Below are positions 27,766-36,847 of a DNA stretch of 64,000 nt, one piece after another. A model generated the notes under the pieces. The model was not told the DNA's origin. It worked only from the letters and a program-made list of their open reading frames with translations, and searched no databases. The translations under genes and the position numbers were made by a program. The first letter of the stretch is position 1. Each line of letters begins with the position of its first letter. The stretch is from Alphaproteobacteria bacterium (lineage in GTDB: Bacteria; Pseudomonadota; Alphaproteobacteria; SP197): NCBI GenBank assembly GCA_964291415.2, contig OZ219917.1, forward strand, positions 960,001 to 1,024,000, read 5' to 3'.

Positions 27766-28977
27766 ATGACGGACTCCCTCGACACGATCCAGCTGGCGGA
27801 TCCCCGGTTCTGGAGGCGCCCTGACAGGATGGCGGTGTTCGCCCGGTTCCGCCGCGAACGGCCGGTCGCCCGTCAGACCATGCCGGACGGCAGCGTCTCC
27901 TTCTGGTCGCTCACGCGCCACGCCGAGTGCCGCGACGTGTCACGCCAGACATCGCTCTTCCGGTCGCAGCATGGCACCGGAATGGTGGCGGAGGGGCCGG
28001 AACTGGCCTACGAGATCGGCGGCATGCTGAACCGAGACGCGCCGCTGCATCCGGCTCTCCGGCGCATTCTGGCGAAGGTGTTCACGCCGCGGTTCCTGGA
28101 GGGCATGGAACGGGACATGGATGCCGCGGCCCGCTCCGTGGTTGGCGACGTCAGCGAGCGCGGTTGCTGCGACTTCGCCGTGGACATCGCCAATCGCATG
28201 CCCCTGACGGTGATCTGCGACATGCTGTCGGTGCCGGCCGGGCGCGATCGCGATGAACTCGCACGACTCACCCTGAAGGCGCTCGATCCCGTCGAGGCCG
28301 CGGAGTCGCTGAGGGCATTCCGTCTCCTCAATCTCTACGGTGAGGACCTTGCCCGCCAGCGCCGGCGGGCACCCGGTGACGATCTCGTCAGCCGCCTGGT
28401 CGCGGCGAAGGTCGATGGCGCCAGGCTCGCTGACCGCGACATCGGCATCTACTTTCAGCTTCTCATCACCGCGGGCATCGAAACCACGTCGAGTTCACTG
28501 GCCCAGGGCATGCACCTTCTCGCCTCCCATCCGGCACAGTGGCGCGACTGGCGGGAGAACTACGAGGAACTCGCCGGAACGGCGATCGAGGAGATCGTGC
28601 GCTACGCCAGTCCGGTCGTTCACTTCGGTCGCCGCGTGGAACGCGACGCCGTGATCGCCGGCCAGCCGATCGCTGCCGGTGACCAGGTCGTCTTCTGGTA
28701 CATATCGGCCAACCGGGACGAGACCGTCTTCGCGCAGCCGGAGCGCTTCGACATCCGCCGCTTCCCCAACGATCATGTCGGCTTTGGCGGTGGCGGTCCG
28801 CACCACTGTCTCGGCATTCACCTCGCCCGTCGCGAGATGCACCACCTGTTCAGGGTTCTCTTCGAAACCCTGCCCGATCTCGACGTCGATCTCGATGGCG
28901 CGCGTCCTCATCACGGCCTGTTCATCAACGGCATGCAGCGCTTGCCATGCCGGTTCACGCCGCAGCGCGCGCCTTGA
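27766..28977 (+). CDS. Cytochrome P450
   Basis: I-helix AGIETT, EEIVR (ExxR), SANRDE, heme motif FGGGGPHHCLG. Confidence 0.92.
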   Translation: MTDSLDTIQLADPRFWRRPDRMAVFARFRRERPVARQTMPDGSVSFWSLTRHAECRDVSRQTSLFRSQHGTGMVAEGPELAYEIGGMLNRDAPLHPALRRILAKVFTPRFLEGMERDMDAAARSVVGDVSERGCCDFAVDIANRMPLTVICDMLSVPAGRDRDELARLTLKALDPVEAAESLRAFRLLNLYGEDLARQRRRAPGDDLVSRLVAAKVDGARLADRDIGIYFQLLITAGIETTSSSLAQGMHLLASHPAQWRDWRENYEELAGTAIEEIVRYASPVVHFGRRVERDAVIAGQPIAAGDQVVFWYISANRDETVFAQPERFDIRRFPNDHVGFGGGGPHHCLGIHLARREMHHLFRVLFETLPDLDVDLDGARPHHGLFINGMQRLPCRFTPQRAP

Positions 28978-29002
28978 CTTTGCCGGGTGCGGATTCTATA
29001 TG
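28974..29002 (+). promoter_or_regulatory. Sigma70 promoter of tRNA-Met
   Basis: TTGACT-17 nt-TATATG, 15 nt upstream of the tRNA. Confidence 0.7.
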
Positions 29003-29017
29003 CACCGGGCCTTCCGG

Positions 29018-29093
29018 GGCGGAGTAGCTCAGTTGGTAGAGCAGGGGAATCATAATCCCTGGGTCGGGGGTTCAAGTCCCTCCTCCGCTACCA
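29018..29093 (+). tRNA. tRNA-Met (CAT), probably elongator
   Basis: Cloverleaf: acceptor GGCGGAG/CTCCGCT, D stem GCTC/GAGC, anticodon loop AT-CAT-AA, TTCAAGT T-loop, encoded CCA. Confidence 0.92.
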
Positions 29094-29507
29094 CTTCCCC
29101 GTGTCCGTACCTTATCCCATGCGATGACGGCGCAAGGCGTCCTGTGACGACGTGCCGGGGCACGCATGTCCGGTGGCAGGCCCCGCCGCGGGACATTGCG
29201 TCCAGGCCGATTCAGATCCCCCGCTGTTGGTGGCGGCCTGCAGACTTCGGTGCCGCGTGGATGCCGGCGGGCGCGGCATTGGCGCCCCCTGTGTTTCGGG
29301 GGCTGCTTCGGGTTTCCCTGCCTGCCAGACTGTGGTGACGGGAATTGACCTGGTCTTGCAGCGGGCGACACCACGGCGGAATCCTGTCGTCTGTGACGCT
29401 GACCGGTCACCCGTTGCTTGAAACCCCGTCCACGTTCGCAGCACTATGATGACCGGAACATCTGGCCTCGTGTGGGCAGATACCTCAATTTGACCGGGGA
29501 GGAGAAC

Positions 29508-30629
29508 ATGAAACTCGTACGCACCATCGACCGCATCGCGCAAGGCAAGGCAACCCGACGCGAGATAGGCGAGATTGCCGCCCTTGCCGGAGTTGTTCCC
29601 CTGGCCGTCCCGGTGATTGCGCGCCCCGCTGCCGCGCAGTCGGGCGAGGACCTGATGTACTTCACCTGGGGAGGCTTCGAAGTGCCGGAGCTTTTCCCGG
29701 ACTATGCCGAAAAGTGGGGCGAGCCCTCGACATCCTTCTACGGCGACGAGTACGAAGCCATCGAGAAACTGCGGGCCGGCTTCGAGGCAGATGTCGTGTG
29801 CCCCTGCATTGACGTGATGCCCAACTGGATGCGCGTGGGTCTGCAGCCACTCGACGAGTCGCGTCTGATCTATCTCGAAGACACCTTTGAATCGATCCGC
29901 AACCCTGCGGCCGCCTTCGACAACGGAGAGCGCTACTATACGCCGACCTACTATGGCTTCACGTCCTTCGTCTACCGCACGGACCTGACCGACATCACCC
30001 CGGAAACCGAGTCCTGGGGACTGTTCTTCGACGAGGCCTACTCCGGCCGCATGGCCATCTGGGATTCCACAGACGCCGTGGTGCCGGTCGCTGCGCTTGC
30101 CGCCGGCATCACCGACAATCCCTATACGCCCGATGGCGACGATCTCAAGAAGGTCGAAGACCTGATGCGCAAGCAGCGCGATCTCGTGCGGTTCTACTGG
30201 AACGAGCAGACGTCAGCCCTTCAGGGCATCACGTCGGGCGAGGTCGTGCTTTCCTACGCCTGGTCCGCCGCGATTCCGCCGCTCATGGAGTCGGGCATTC
30301 CGTTCAAGTGGGCCCAGCCCAAGGAAGGCCTGATCTCGTATGTCTGCGGACTCTCGCGCGCCAACCGTCAGGGCACTGACGAAGAACTGGTGTACGACTT
30401 CATCAACGCGAACAGTTCACCCGAAGCCGGTGCCTTCATGATCGAGGCTTACGCTCTGGGCGCGGCCAACAAGAACAGCTACGGCCTTGTCGCTCCGGAA
30501 ACCCTGGCTCGAAACGGGCTCGAAACGCCCGAGGAGTCGCTGGCGGGTTCGCACACCTACCAGTTCGTGCCGGTTGATTTGAAGCAGCGGCACATCGCAC
30601 TCTTCGAGGAGATCCGCGCCGGATTCTGA
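29508..30629 (+). CDS. Orphan polyamine-type ABC substrate-binding protein with twin-arginine-like leader
   Basis: GGAGGAG RBS; TRREIG...AAA leader; FTWGGF, EKLRAG, YRTDL, PKEG. Confidence 0.8.
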   Translation: MKLVRTIDRIAQGKATRREIGEIAALAGVVPLAVPVIARPAAAQSGEDLMYFTWGGFEVPELFPDYAEKWGEPSTSFYGDEYEAIEKLRAGFEADVVCPCIDVMPNWMRVGLQPLDESRLIYLEDTFESIRNPAAAFDNGERYYTPTYYGFTSFVYRTDLTDITPETESWGLFFDEAYSGRMAIWDSTDAVVPVAALAAGITDNPYTPDGDDLKKVEDLMRKQRDLVRFYWNEQTSALQGITSGEVVLSYAWSAAIPPLMESGIPFKWAQPKEGLISYVCGLSRANRQGTDEELVYDFINANSSPEAGAFMIEAYALGAANKNSYGLVAPETLARNGLETPEESLAGSHTYQFVPVDLKQRHIALFEEIRAGF

Positions 30630-30707
30630 GCGCTGGGTCCTGCCGGAATCGCCTCCACTGTCGCGGTCCACAGGAAGGTGGGTTCAAGCGAGTCCGCTGG
30701 CTGACGG

Positions 30708-30783
30708 GGCCGAGTGGTTCAGTCGGCGGAACAGGGGGAACATGGGCCCTTGGTCGGGGGTTCAGGCCCCTTCAGCGCTACCA
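30708..30783 (+). pseudogene. Decayed full-length copy of tRNA-Met
   Basis: Ungapped alignment to 29018-29093, 58/76 identical by hand count; CAT and CCA kept; acceptor stem broken. Confidence 0.8.
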
Positions 30784-31301
30784 CCTTTCAGCTTCTTGCC
30801 TTGTGCGGCGGTGGGCGCGGGTTGCGATGCCATGACGGCGCGTCCCAGATCGAGAAGGGCCTTTCTGAGCGCAGGATCCTGGACGGGAGCGACAAGACGT
30901 TCGAGATGGGCCGTCTCCGCGGCATCCAGGATCCGTTGCGCCCGCCGCCCGGCTGGCTGGGGAGCATTGATGTAGCCCTGCTGCAGCCTGATGCGGTCGA
31001 TGACGGGATCGTTTGCGGTGCCGAGGTAGGTGTTGATGCGATCGAGAATGACCGGCTCCTGCATCTGCATCGTGGGCGCGTGGGACGGTGTGACGGTGAC
31101 GGTGAGGGTGCTGCCCGAGATCCTGGCCGGGCGGCTGTTCTCGGCGGTGTCGTGATCGACGATATCAGCCCAGTCGGTGAAGACGCGGGCGCGGGCAAAG
31201 CCCTTGCGCCTGAAGGCGCGTCCCGCAGCCTGCGGCAGGATCCTTCCCAGATGGACGAACCGTCCCTTTGTACTGCGCGCCCGGTGCCTGCCTTCAGACA
31301 T
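30762..31301 (-). CDS. DUF721/DciA-family protein
   Basis: DWADIV...RPARI...TLTVTV...A..MQMQEPVILDRINTYLG...RIRLQQG, D..LR.AL..LG; divergent from mutY as is usual in Alphaproteobacteria. Confidence 0.75.
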   Translation of the reverse strand: MSEGRHRARSTKGRFVHLGRILPQAAGRAFRRKGFARARVFTDWADIVDHDTAENSRPARISGSTLTVTVTPSHAPTMQMQEPVILDRINTYLGTANDPVIDRIRLQQGYINAPQPAGRRAQRILDAAETAHLERLVAPVQDPALRKALLDLGRAVMASQPAPTAAQGKKLKGGSAEGA

Positions 31302-31329
31302 GCCGTGATGACCGTGTGGACGGCTCGCG

Positions 31330-32388
31330 ATGAACCCCGGTGACCGCCTGCTGGCGTGGTACGACCGCCACGCCAGGAACCTGCCGTGGCGCACCGGGAG
31401 CGTGGGCGATCCCTACCGCGTCTGGCTTGCCGAGATCATGCTGCAGCAGACCACGGTGCCGGCTGTCATTCCCTACTATCTCCGCTTCCTCGAACGCTGG
31501 CCGACGCTTGCCGCCCTGGCCGGGGCGGACCGGGACGACATCCTCGCCATGTGGGCGGGTCTTGGCTACTACGCCCGCGCCGCGAGACTTCACGAGTGTG
31601 CCCGCATGATCGTGCGCGACCACGCCGGGCGGTTTCCCGGGACCGCGGAGGAACTGAAGAGGCTTCCGGGCATAGGAGCCTACACCGCCGGGGCGATCGC
31701 GGCGATCGCCTTCGGCCAGGCGGAGGCCGCGGTCGATGGCAACGTCGAACGGGTGATGGCCCGTTATCTTGCCGTTGACGAGCCCGCCCACCGCCTGAAG
31801 AGAACGGTCGCAAAGGCCGTGTCGGACATGGTGCCGCATGACCGCCCCGGCGACTTCGCTCAGGCCCTCATGGATCTCGGTTCCATGGTGTGCACGCCCC
31901 GCGCCCCGCGCTGCAACGCGTGCCCCCTCGGTGGGGAATGCAGGGCGAGGCAGCGTGGTCTTGTCGACAGCCTGCCGCGCCGGAGTGCCCGCAAGCGGCG
32001 CCCCCGGCGCCAGGCGATCGCCTTCTGGCTGGAAAGTGCCGATGGCCGCGTCATGCTGACCAGGCGCGAAGGGCAATCCCTCCTGCGAGACATGCTGGAG
32101 GTCCCGTCGACACCCTGGCGCGACGATGCCTGGACTTTTCGGGAGGCGCTGGCTCATGCACCCTGGCCGGGCAACTGGTCGCTCCTTGGCGGGACTGTGG
32201 AGCACGCCTTCACTCACCTCACCGTCACCTTCCGCATCGCCGCTCTGCGGGGTGTTGCGGTGTCCGGTGATGACCGCTGGCACGCAAGGGAGGCGCTTTC
32301 CGCGCTGGCGCTGCCCGCCATGACCTGGAAGATCATCGATCACGTCGATGCTGCCGCGCGGGCGACGGGAGAGAACGAGCGGCGGTGA
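31330..32388 (+). CDS. mutY: A/G-specific adenine glycosylase
   Basis: WLAEIMLQQT, WAGLGYYARA, HhH LPGIGAYTA, VDGNVER, C-x6-C-x2-C-x5-C FeS motif. Confidence 0.95.
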   Translation: MNPGDRLLAWYDRHARNLPWRTGSVGDPYRVWLAEIMLQQTTVPAVIPYYLRFLERWPTLAALAGADRDDILAMWAGLGYYARAARLHECARMIVRDHAGRFPGTAEELKRLPGIGAYTAGAIAAIAFGQAEAAVDGNVERVMARYLAVDEPAHRLKRTVAKAVSDMVPHDRPGDFAQALMDLGSMVCTPRAPRCNACPLGGECRARQRGLVDSLPRRSARKRRPRRQAIAFWLESADGRVMLTRREGQSLLRDMLEVPSTPWRDDAWTFREALAHAPWPGNWSLLGGTVEHAFTHLTVTFRIAALRGVAVSGDDRWHAREALSALALPAMTWKIIDHVDAAARATGENERR

Positions 32389-32945
32389 TGGGGCGTGACC
32401 CCGTGGCGTTCGAGTGCTCGGGCGTGCTCGCGCGTTCCGTAACCGGCATTGCGTTGCCAGCCATAGTGCGGAAAGTCGGGCGAGAGACCGGACATGATCC
32501 GGTCCCGTGTCACCTTGGCGACGATCGAAGCCGCCGCGATCGAGAGGCACGTGGCGTCGCCCCTGACAACAGCTGTAGCGGGACAGGCAAGCTTCGGGAT
32601 CCGGTTGCCGTCGATGAGGGTGTGCGCCGGCGCTACCGGCAGCGCGTCCACGGCCCGCGCCATGGCGAGCATGGTGGCTTCAAGAATGTTGAGCCGGTCG
32701 ACCTCCCTGACACTGGCATGGCCGACACCGATCCAGGCCACAGCCAGCAGCCGGGCCATGAGGTCCGTGCGGCGTACGGGCGAGAGTTTCTTCGAATCAT
32801 CGAGGCCATCCGGAATCTTTCGCGGATCGAGGATCACCGCGGCCGCGATCACCGGCCCGGCCCACGACCCGCGGCCGGCTTCGTCGACGCCGGCGACGGG
32901 CTGCGGCAACCGTCCCTCCCGGACAAGATCAGGAACCGGTCCCAT
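32340..32945 (-). CDS. rnhB: Ribonuclease HII
   Basis: GVDEAGRG..AGPV, DDSKKL, DGN, SIAAASIVAKVTRD, GYGT..H, HRRSF. Confidence 0.93.
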   Translation of the reverse strand: MGPVPDLVREGRLPQPVAGVDEAGRGSWAGPVIAAAVILDPRKIPDGLDDSKKLSPVRRTDLMARLLAVAWIGVGHASVREVDRLNILEATMLAMARAVDALPVAPAHTLIDGNRIPKLACPATAVVRGDATCLSIAAASIVAKVTRDRIMSGLSPDFPHYGWQRNAGYGTREHARALERHGVTPHHRRSFSPVARAAAST

Positions 32946-34248
32946 CGGTCCTCCTGTCCTGGAGCGCCGGAGAACGCTTGCGGCGACGGACCGAGGCATG
33001 CGTCCTGCGCACCCACGCGATGCCGCGGTCCGCGCCGACGGCGACAAAGGGATAGAGCCGCGCCACGAGCTCGCGCAGCGTTTCGGCGTTGGAGGCGAGA
33101 GTCTGGATCCTGCGGGCGCTGTTGAGCCACACCGGCGAGATGATGAGGCTGAGCGCGATGACGGCGATGAACAGGCGGTATCCCTCCTGATCGATGGCTC
33201 CCGTCGACAGGCCGAGGGCCACCAGGACGAAGGAGAACTCCCCGATCTGTCCCAGGGCCACACCGCCCAGCCAGGCGCGCGGCCATGGCTCCTTCAGGAG
33301 CCTCAGGATGCCAACGTTCATAGCCGTCTTGCCCAGGGTGACGAGAAGAAGCATGAGGAGGATGGCCTCGAGATTCTCGAGGATGAACGTGAGGTCGATC
33401 AGGAGGCCGATCGACAGGAAGAACACCATGAGCAGAACGCCCTGGAGGGGCAGGGTGACGCGCAGAAGGGTGGCCCGGTCCGTGCTGGCGCCGAGCACCA
33501 GGCCGGCCAGGAAGGCGCCATAGGCCGTCGAAATGCCGAAGAGGCCGCTGATCGCGGCCGCCCCGAAGCACAGGGCCATGACGCCGACGGCGATGAGGTC
33601 CGCCTGCCCGCGGGCCAGGGCCTCGACGGGAAAGTTGATGCCGCGCCTGCGGGCGAGGAACCACAGCAGGACCAGGAGAATCAGGACAGAGCCGATCACC
33701 GGCATGATCGCGTTGAACGTGATGTCCTCTTCCGCACCCATGGCCGACACGAACAGCATCATCGGAATGAACGCCAGGTCCTGGGCGATGAGAATTCCGA
33801 TGGCCCGGCGGCCGGTCTCGCTGTCGACTTCGCCGACATCCTCGAGGAGCTTGATGGTGACGGCCGTCGACGAAAGCGCCACGCCAAATCCCACCAGAAC
33901 ACTCAGCTCCCACGGCCATCCCAGTGGCCAGGAGCAGAGCAGGATGACGGCTGTCGCAATGGCGATCTGCAGGCCGGCGGCGATGAAGGAGAACCTGATG
34001 ACGGACCGGAAATTCGAGATGTCGAGTTCCATGCCGATGCTGAACAGGAGGAGCAGCACGCCGAGTTCGGCAAGGAAATTGATCTGTTCCCGGTCCTCGA
34101 CGAACCCCATCACCGACGGGCCGAGAACGACACCGGCGACGATGTAGCCGACGATGGCCGGTTGGCGGAACCGTCCCAGCAGCAGACCACAGGCGAGTGC
34201 GGCAGTCACGACGATCGTGATGTCGGTCAGCTGGTCACCGTGATCCAT
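32929..34248 (-). CDS. CPA2-family cation:proton antiporter (membrane domain only)
   Basis: GYIVAGVVLGP, AELGVLLLLFSIGMEL, LSSTA, QD, GAFLAG, QIGEFSFV. Confidence 0.88.
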   Translation of the reverse strand: MDHGDQLTDITIVVTAALACGLLLGRFRQPAIVGYIVAGVVLGPSVMGFVEDREQINFLAELGVLLLLFSIGMELDISNFRSVIRFSFIAAGLQIAIATAVILLCSWPLGWPWELSVLVGFGVALSSTAVTIKLLEDVGEVDSETGRRAIGILIAQDLAFIPMMLFVSAMGAEEDITFNAIMPVIGSVLILLVLLWFLARRRGINFPVEALARGQADLIAVGVMALCFGAAAISGLFGISTAYGAFLAGLVLGASTDRATLLRVTLPLQGVLLMVFFLSIGLLIDLTFILENLEAILLMLLLVTLGKTAMNVGILRLLKEPWPRAWLGGVALGQIGEFSFVLVALGLSTGAIDQEGYRLFIAVIALSLIISPVWLNSARRIQTLASNAETLRELVARLYPFVAVGADRGIAWVRRTHASVRRRKRSPALQDRRTDGTGS

Positions 34249-34309
34249 GGGAAAACCTTATCACGGAATGGGCGGGCCATGAGGCAGGGAAGCCACGTTT
34301 CACCCGGTC

Positions 34310-35380
34310 TCACAAGAACGAGGGCTGCCGGGGATCGGCGGGTGGGTGAATGAACTGTGTCGTGTCGAGAGACCACGAACGGCGATCGAGACCATGTCGC
34401 TTGCACGCCATGGAGATCCTGCGTGACACGAGGTCCGCAACCGGACCGGTTCCCGTCATTCGCCGGCCCCATCCGGAATCGTAGTCCCTGCCGCCGCGGC
34501 ATTGTCTGATGAGCGCCATGACCCGTTTCGCCCGGCCCGGCTCGCAGGCAGCCAGCCATTCCTGGAACAGGTCCCTGATCTCGAGCGGCAGACGCAGCAG
34601 GACATGACCGGCGCTTCTTGCACCGGCGGCGGCGGCGTCCCTGATGATGGCCTCGATCTCATGGTCATTCAGTCCCGGAATGACCGGCGCCACCATGACC
34701 CCGGTGGGGATTCCCGCCGCGCTCAGGCTCTCGATGACCCTGAGGCGCACTGAAGGCGTCGGCGCGCGGGGTTCCATGCGTCTCGCAAGGGCGCGATCGA
34801 GCGTCGTGATGGAAATGAAAACACGGACGAGATTCATCTGCGCCATGGGAGCCAGCACGTCGAGATCCCGCTCGATGAGGGCCGACTTGGTGACGATGCC
34901 GCACGGGTGCCGGCATTCGCCGAGAACCTCGAGGATCTGGCGCGTGATGCGGTAACGGCGCTCGATCGGCTGGTAGGGATCGGTGTTGCTGCCAAGGGAG
35001 ATGACCTTCGGCCGGTACGAAGGGCGCGCGAGGTGCCGGCGCAGCAGAAGGGCGGCGTCCGGTTTCATCACGAGCTTCGTCTCGAAATCAAGGCCGGGAG
35101 AAAGACCGAGCCAGGCATGCGATGGCCGCGCATAGCAGTAGATGCACCCATGTTCGCATCCGCGATAGGGATTGATCGAGTGTTCGAAGGGGATATCCGG
35201 CGACGTGTTGCGGGTGATGATGCTGCGGCTCGAATCGACAGCCACTTCGGTCCGCAAGGGGGGAAGGTCCTCCTCGACGGTGCTCCAGCCGTCATCGAAG
35301 GCTTCGCGCTGCAGGACTTCAAAGCGGCCGGTCCGGTTGGTCACGGCTCCACGGCCCTTGTGTTGGCGAATGTCGGACAT
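34310..35380 (-). CDS. PA0069-family radical SAM protein (spore photoproduct lyase-like)
   Basis: KGRGA, SPDIPF..SINPYRGCEHGCIYCYARP, NTDPYQP. Confidence 0.9.
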   Translation of the reverse strand: MSDIRQHKGRGAVTNRTGRFEVLQREAFDDGWSTVEEDLPPLRTEVAVDSSRSIITRNTSPDIPFEHSINPYRGCEHGCIYCYARPSHAWLGLSPGLDFETKLVMKPDAALLLRRHLARPSYRPKVISLGSNTDPYQPIERRYRITRQILEVLGECRHPCGIVTKSALIERDLDVLAPMAQMNLVRVFISITTLDRALARRMEPRAPTPSVRLRVIESLSAAGIPTGVMVAPVIPGLNDHEIEAIIRDAAAAGARSAGHVLLRLPLEIRDLFQEWLAACEPGRAKRVMALIRQCRGGRDYDSGWGRRMTGTGPVADLVSRRISMACKRHGLDRRSWSLDTTQFIHPPADPRQPSFL

Positions 35381-35385
35381 GAAGA

Positions 35386-35400
35386 GAACAATACCAGAAC
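35386..35400 (-). promoter_or_regulatory. Alphaproteobacterial LexA (SOS) box
   Basis: GAAC-aatacca-GAAC (GTTC-N7-GTTC on the minus strand), 5 nt upstream of the radical SAM ATG. Confidence 0.8.
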
Positions 35401-35444
35401 ATGCATGTCTCCGGCAAGAGCCCGAATGCGTTATGATGACGCCG

Positions 35445-36125
35445 ATGAAGAGGCTTTCCGTCATCATTCCCGCTCTCGATGCCGCGGCAGGTCTGGGGAA
35501 CGTCATCGACCGGCTCACCCGCGGTGGCGCTGCTCCGGGCGAGATCATTGTCGTCGATGGAGGGTCGACCGACGGCACAGCCGACGTCGCGCGCTCGAGG
35601 GGTGCGACAGTGATGTCGGCACCGCGCGGCCGCGGCATCCAGATGGCGGCCGGCGCCGCCGCGGCAAGGGGCGACTGGTTGCTGTTTCTTCACGCTGACA
35701 CGGTTCCCGGATCGGCCTGGCGAGAGGCCGTCGCTGATCTGGTGTCCGGTCCCGACGCTGGTCGGCGAGCCGGCGTGTTTCGCCTTCGACTCGACGATCC
35801 GGCGCCATGGGCCCGATGCGTCGAGTGGGGTGCCCGGAGCAGAAGCCGTCTCCTCGGGTTGCCCTATGGAGACCAGGGCCTGCTGATCTCCGTGGACTTC
35901 TACGAGTCACTGGGCGGTTTCAGGCCCATGGCGATCATGGAAGACGTCGACATGGTGCGGCGCATTGGCCGCCGGCGTCTGGTCACCCTGGATTGCGATG
36001 CACGCACCAGCGCCGTCCGCTACCGTCGGACAGGATACGGCATCCGCGTGGTGCGGAACGCCCTCTGCCTGGCCTGTTACTTCTGCGGTGTGCCGCCGTC
36101 GCTGATCGCGAGGATGTACGGATGA
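35445..36125 (+). CDS. GT2 glycosyltransferase, TIGR04283-like
   Basis: SVIIPAL, VVDGGSTDGT, GRG.QM..GA, LFLHADT, PYGDQG, MEDV, TSA.RY. Confidence 0.85.
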   Translation: MKRLSVIIPALDAAAGLGNVIDRLTRGGAAPGEIIVVDGGSTDGTADVARSRGATVMSAPRGRGIQMAAGAAAARGDWLLFLHADTVPGSAWREAVADLVSGPDAGRRAGVFRLRLDDPAPWARCVEWGARSRSRLLGLPYGDQGLLISVDFYESLGGFRPMAIMEDVDMVRRIGRRRLVTLDCDARTSAVRYRRTGYGIRVVRNALCLACYFCGVPPSLIARMYG

Positions 36126-36737
36126 GGGCAACGCGCAGTGTCGTGGTGATGGCCCGACCGGCAGTCGCCGGCGAGGTCAAGACCCGCCTGGCCGAGGCCT
36201 GTGGCGAGCGCCTCGCCCTTGCGGTCTACAGGCTCCTGCTCCGCCGAACGCTCCGGCGCGTGGCCGGAGGACCATGGTCGACCGTGGTTGCGGTCGCTCC
36301 CTCGGCAGGGAAACGGCGCCGGCACCGTTTTCGCGGACTCGCGACGATGGCTCAGTCCGGCCGTGACCTTGGCGAGAGGATGCACAACGTCTTTGCCGCC
36401 ATGCCGCCGGGACCTGTCGTGATGGTCGGTACGGACATTCCCGGGTTGCGTCGCCAGCACATCACGCCGCGCCTTCAGGGCCCTTGAACGCCACGACGCG
36501 GTCTTCGGGCCGGCGCACGACGGCGGTTACTGGCTTGTCGGGCTAGTGCCGGAACTGCGCGACGCCGGAATCTTCTCGGCAATCCGCTGGTCCACGCGCC
36601 ATGCCCTGGCCGACACGCTGGAGAACATCCCGTCGACTTGTCCTGTGGCCCTGATCGCGACCCTGGGGGACGTTGACACGGCGCAGGATGTCGAACGGTG
36701 GTTCCGCGGACTGCATCCCCGGCAAATCCGTAGTTGA
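36122..36737 (+). pseudogene. TIGR04282/DUF2064-like transferase with a +1 frameshift (real lesion or sequencing error)
   Basis: MARP..G.VKTRL, QSGRDLGERM, VGTDIP in one frame; after an extra C near 36467 the next frame reads RAFRALERHDAVFGPAHDGGYWLVG...RWST...DVDT. Confidence 0.75.
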
Positions 36738-36847
36738 GCAACGGCACCCTGTATGCGTAGAGTGACAGTGCCCCTTGGCCAATTGGTACGGGAAGGGGAT
36801 GGTGCATCAAACAACGCTCCGTTTGAGGGCAGACAAGGAGGCTCCAC

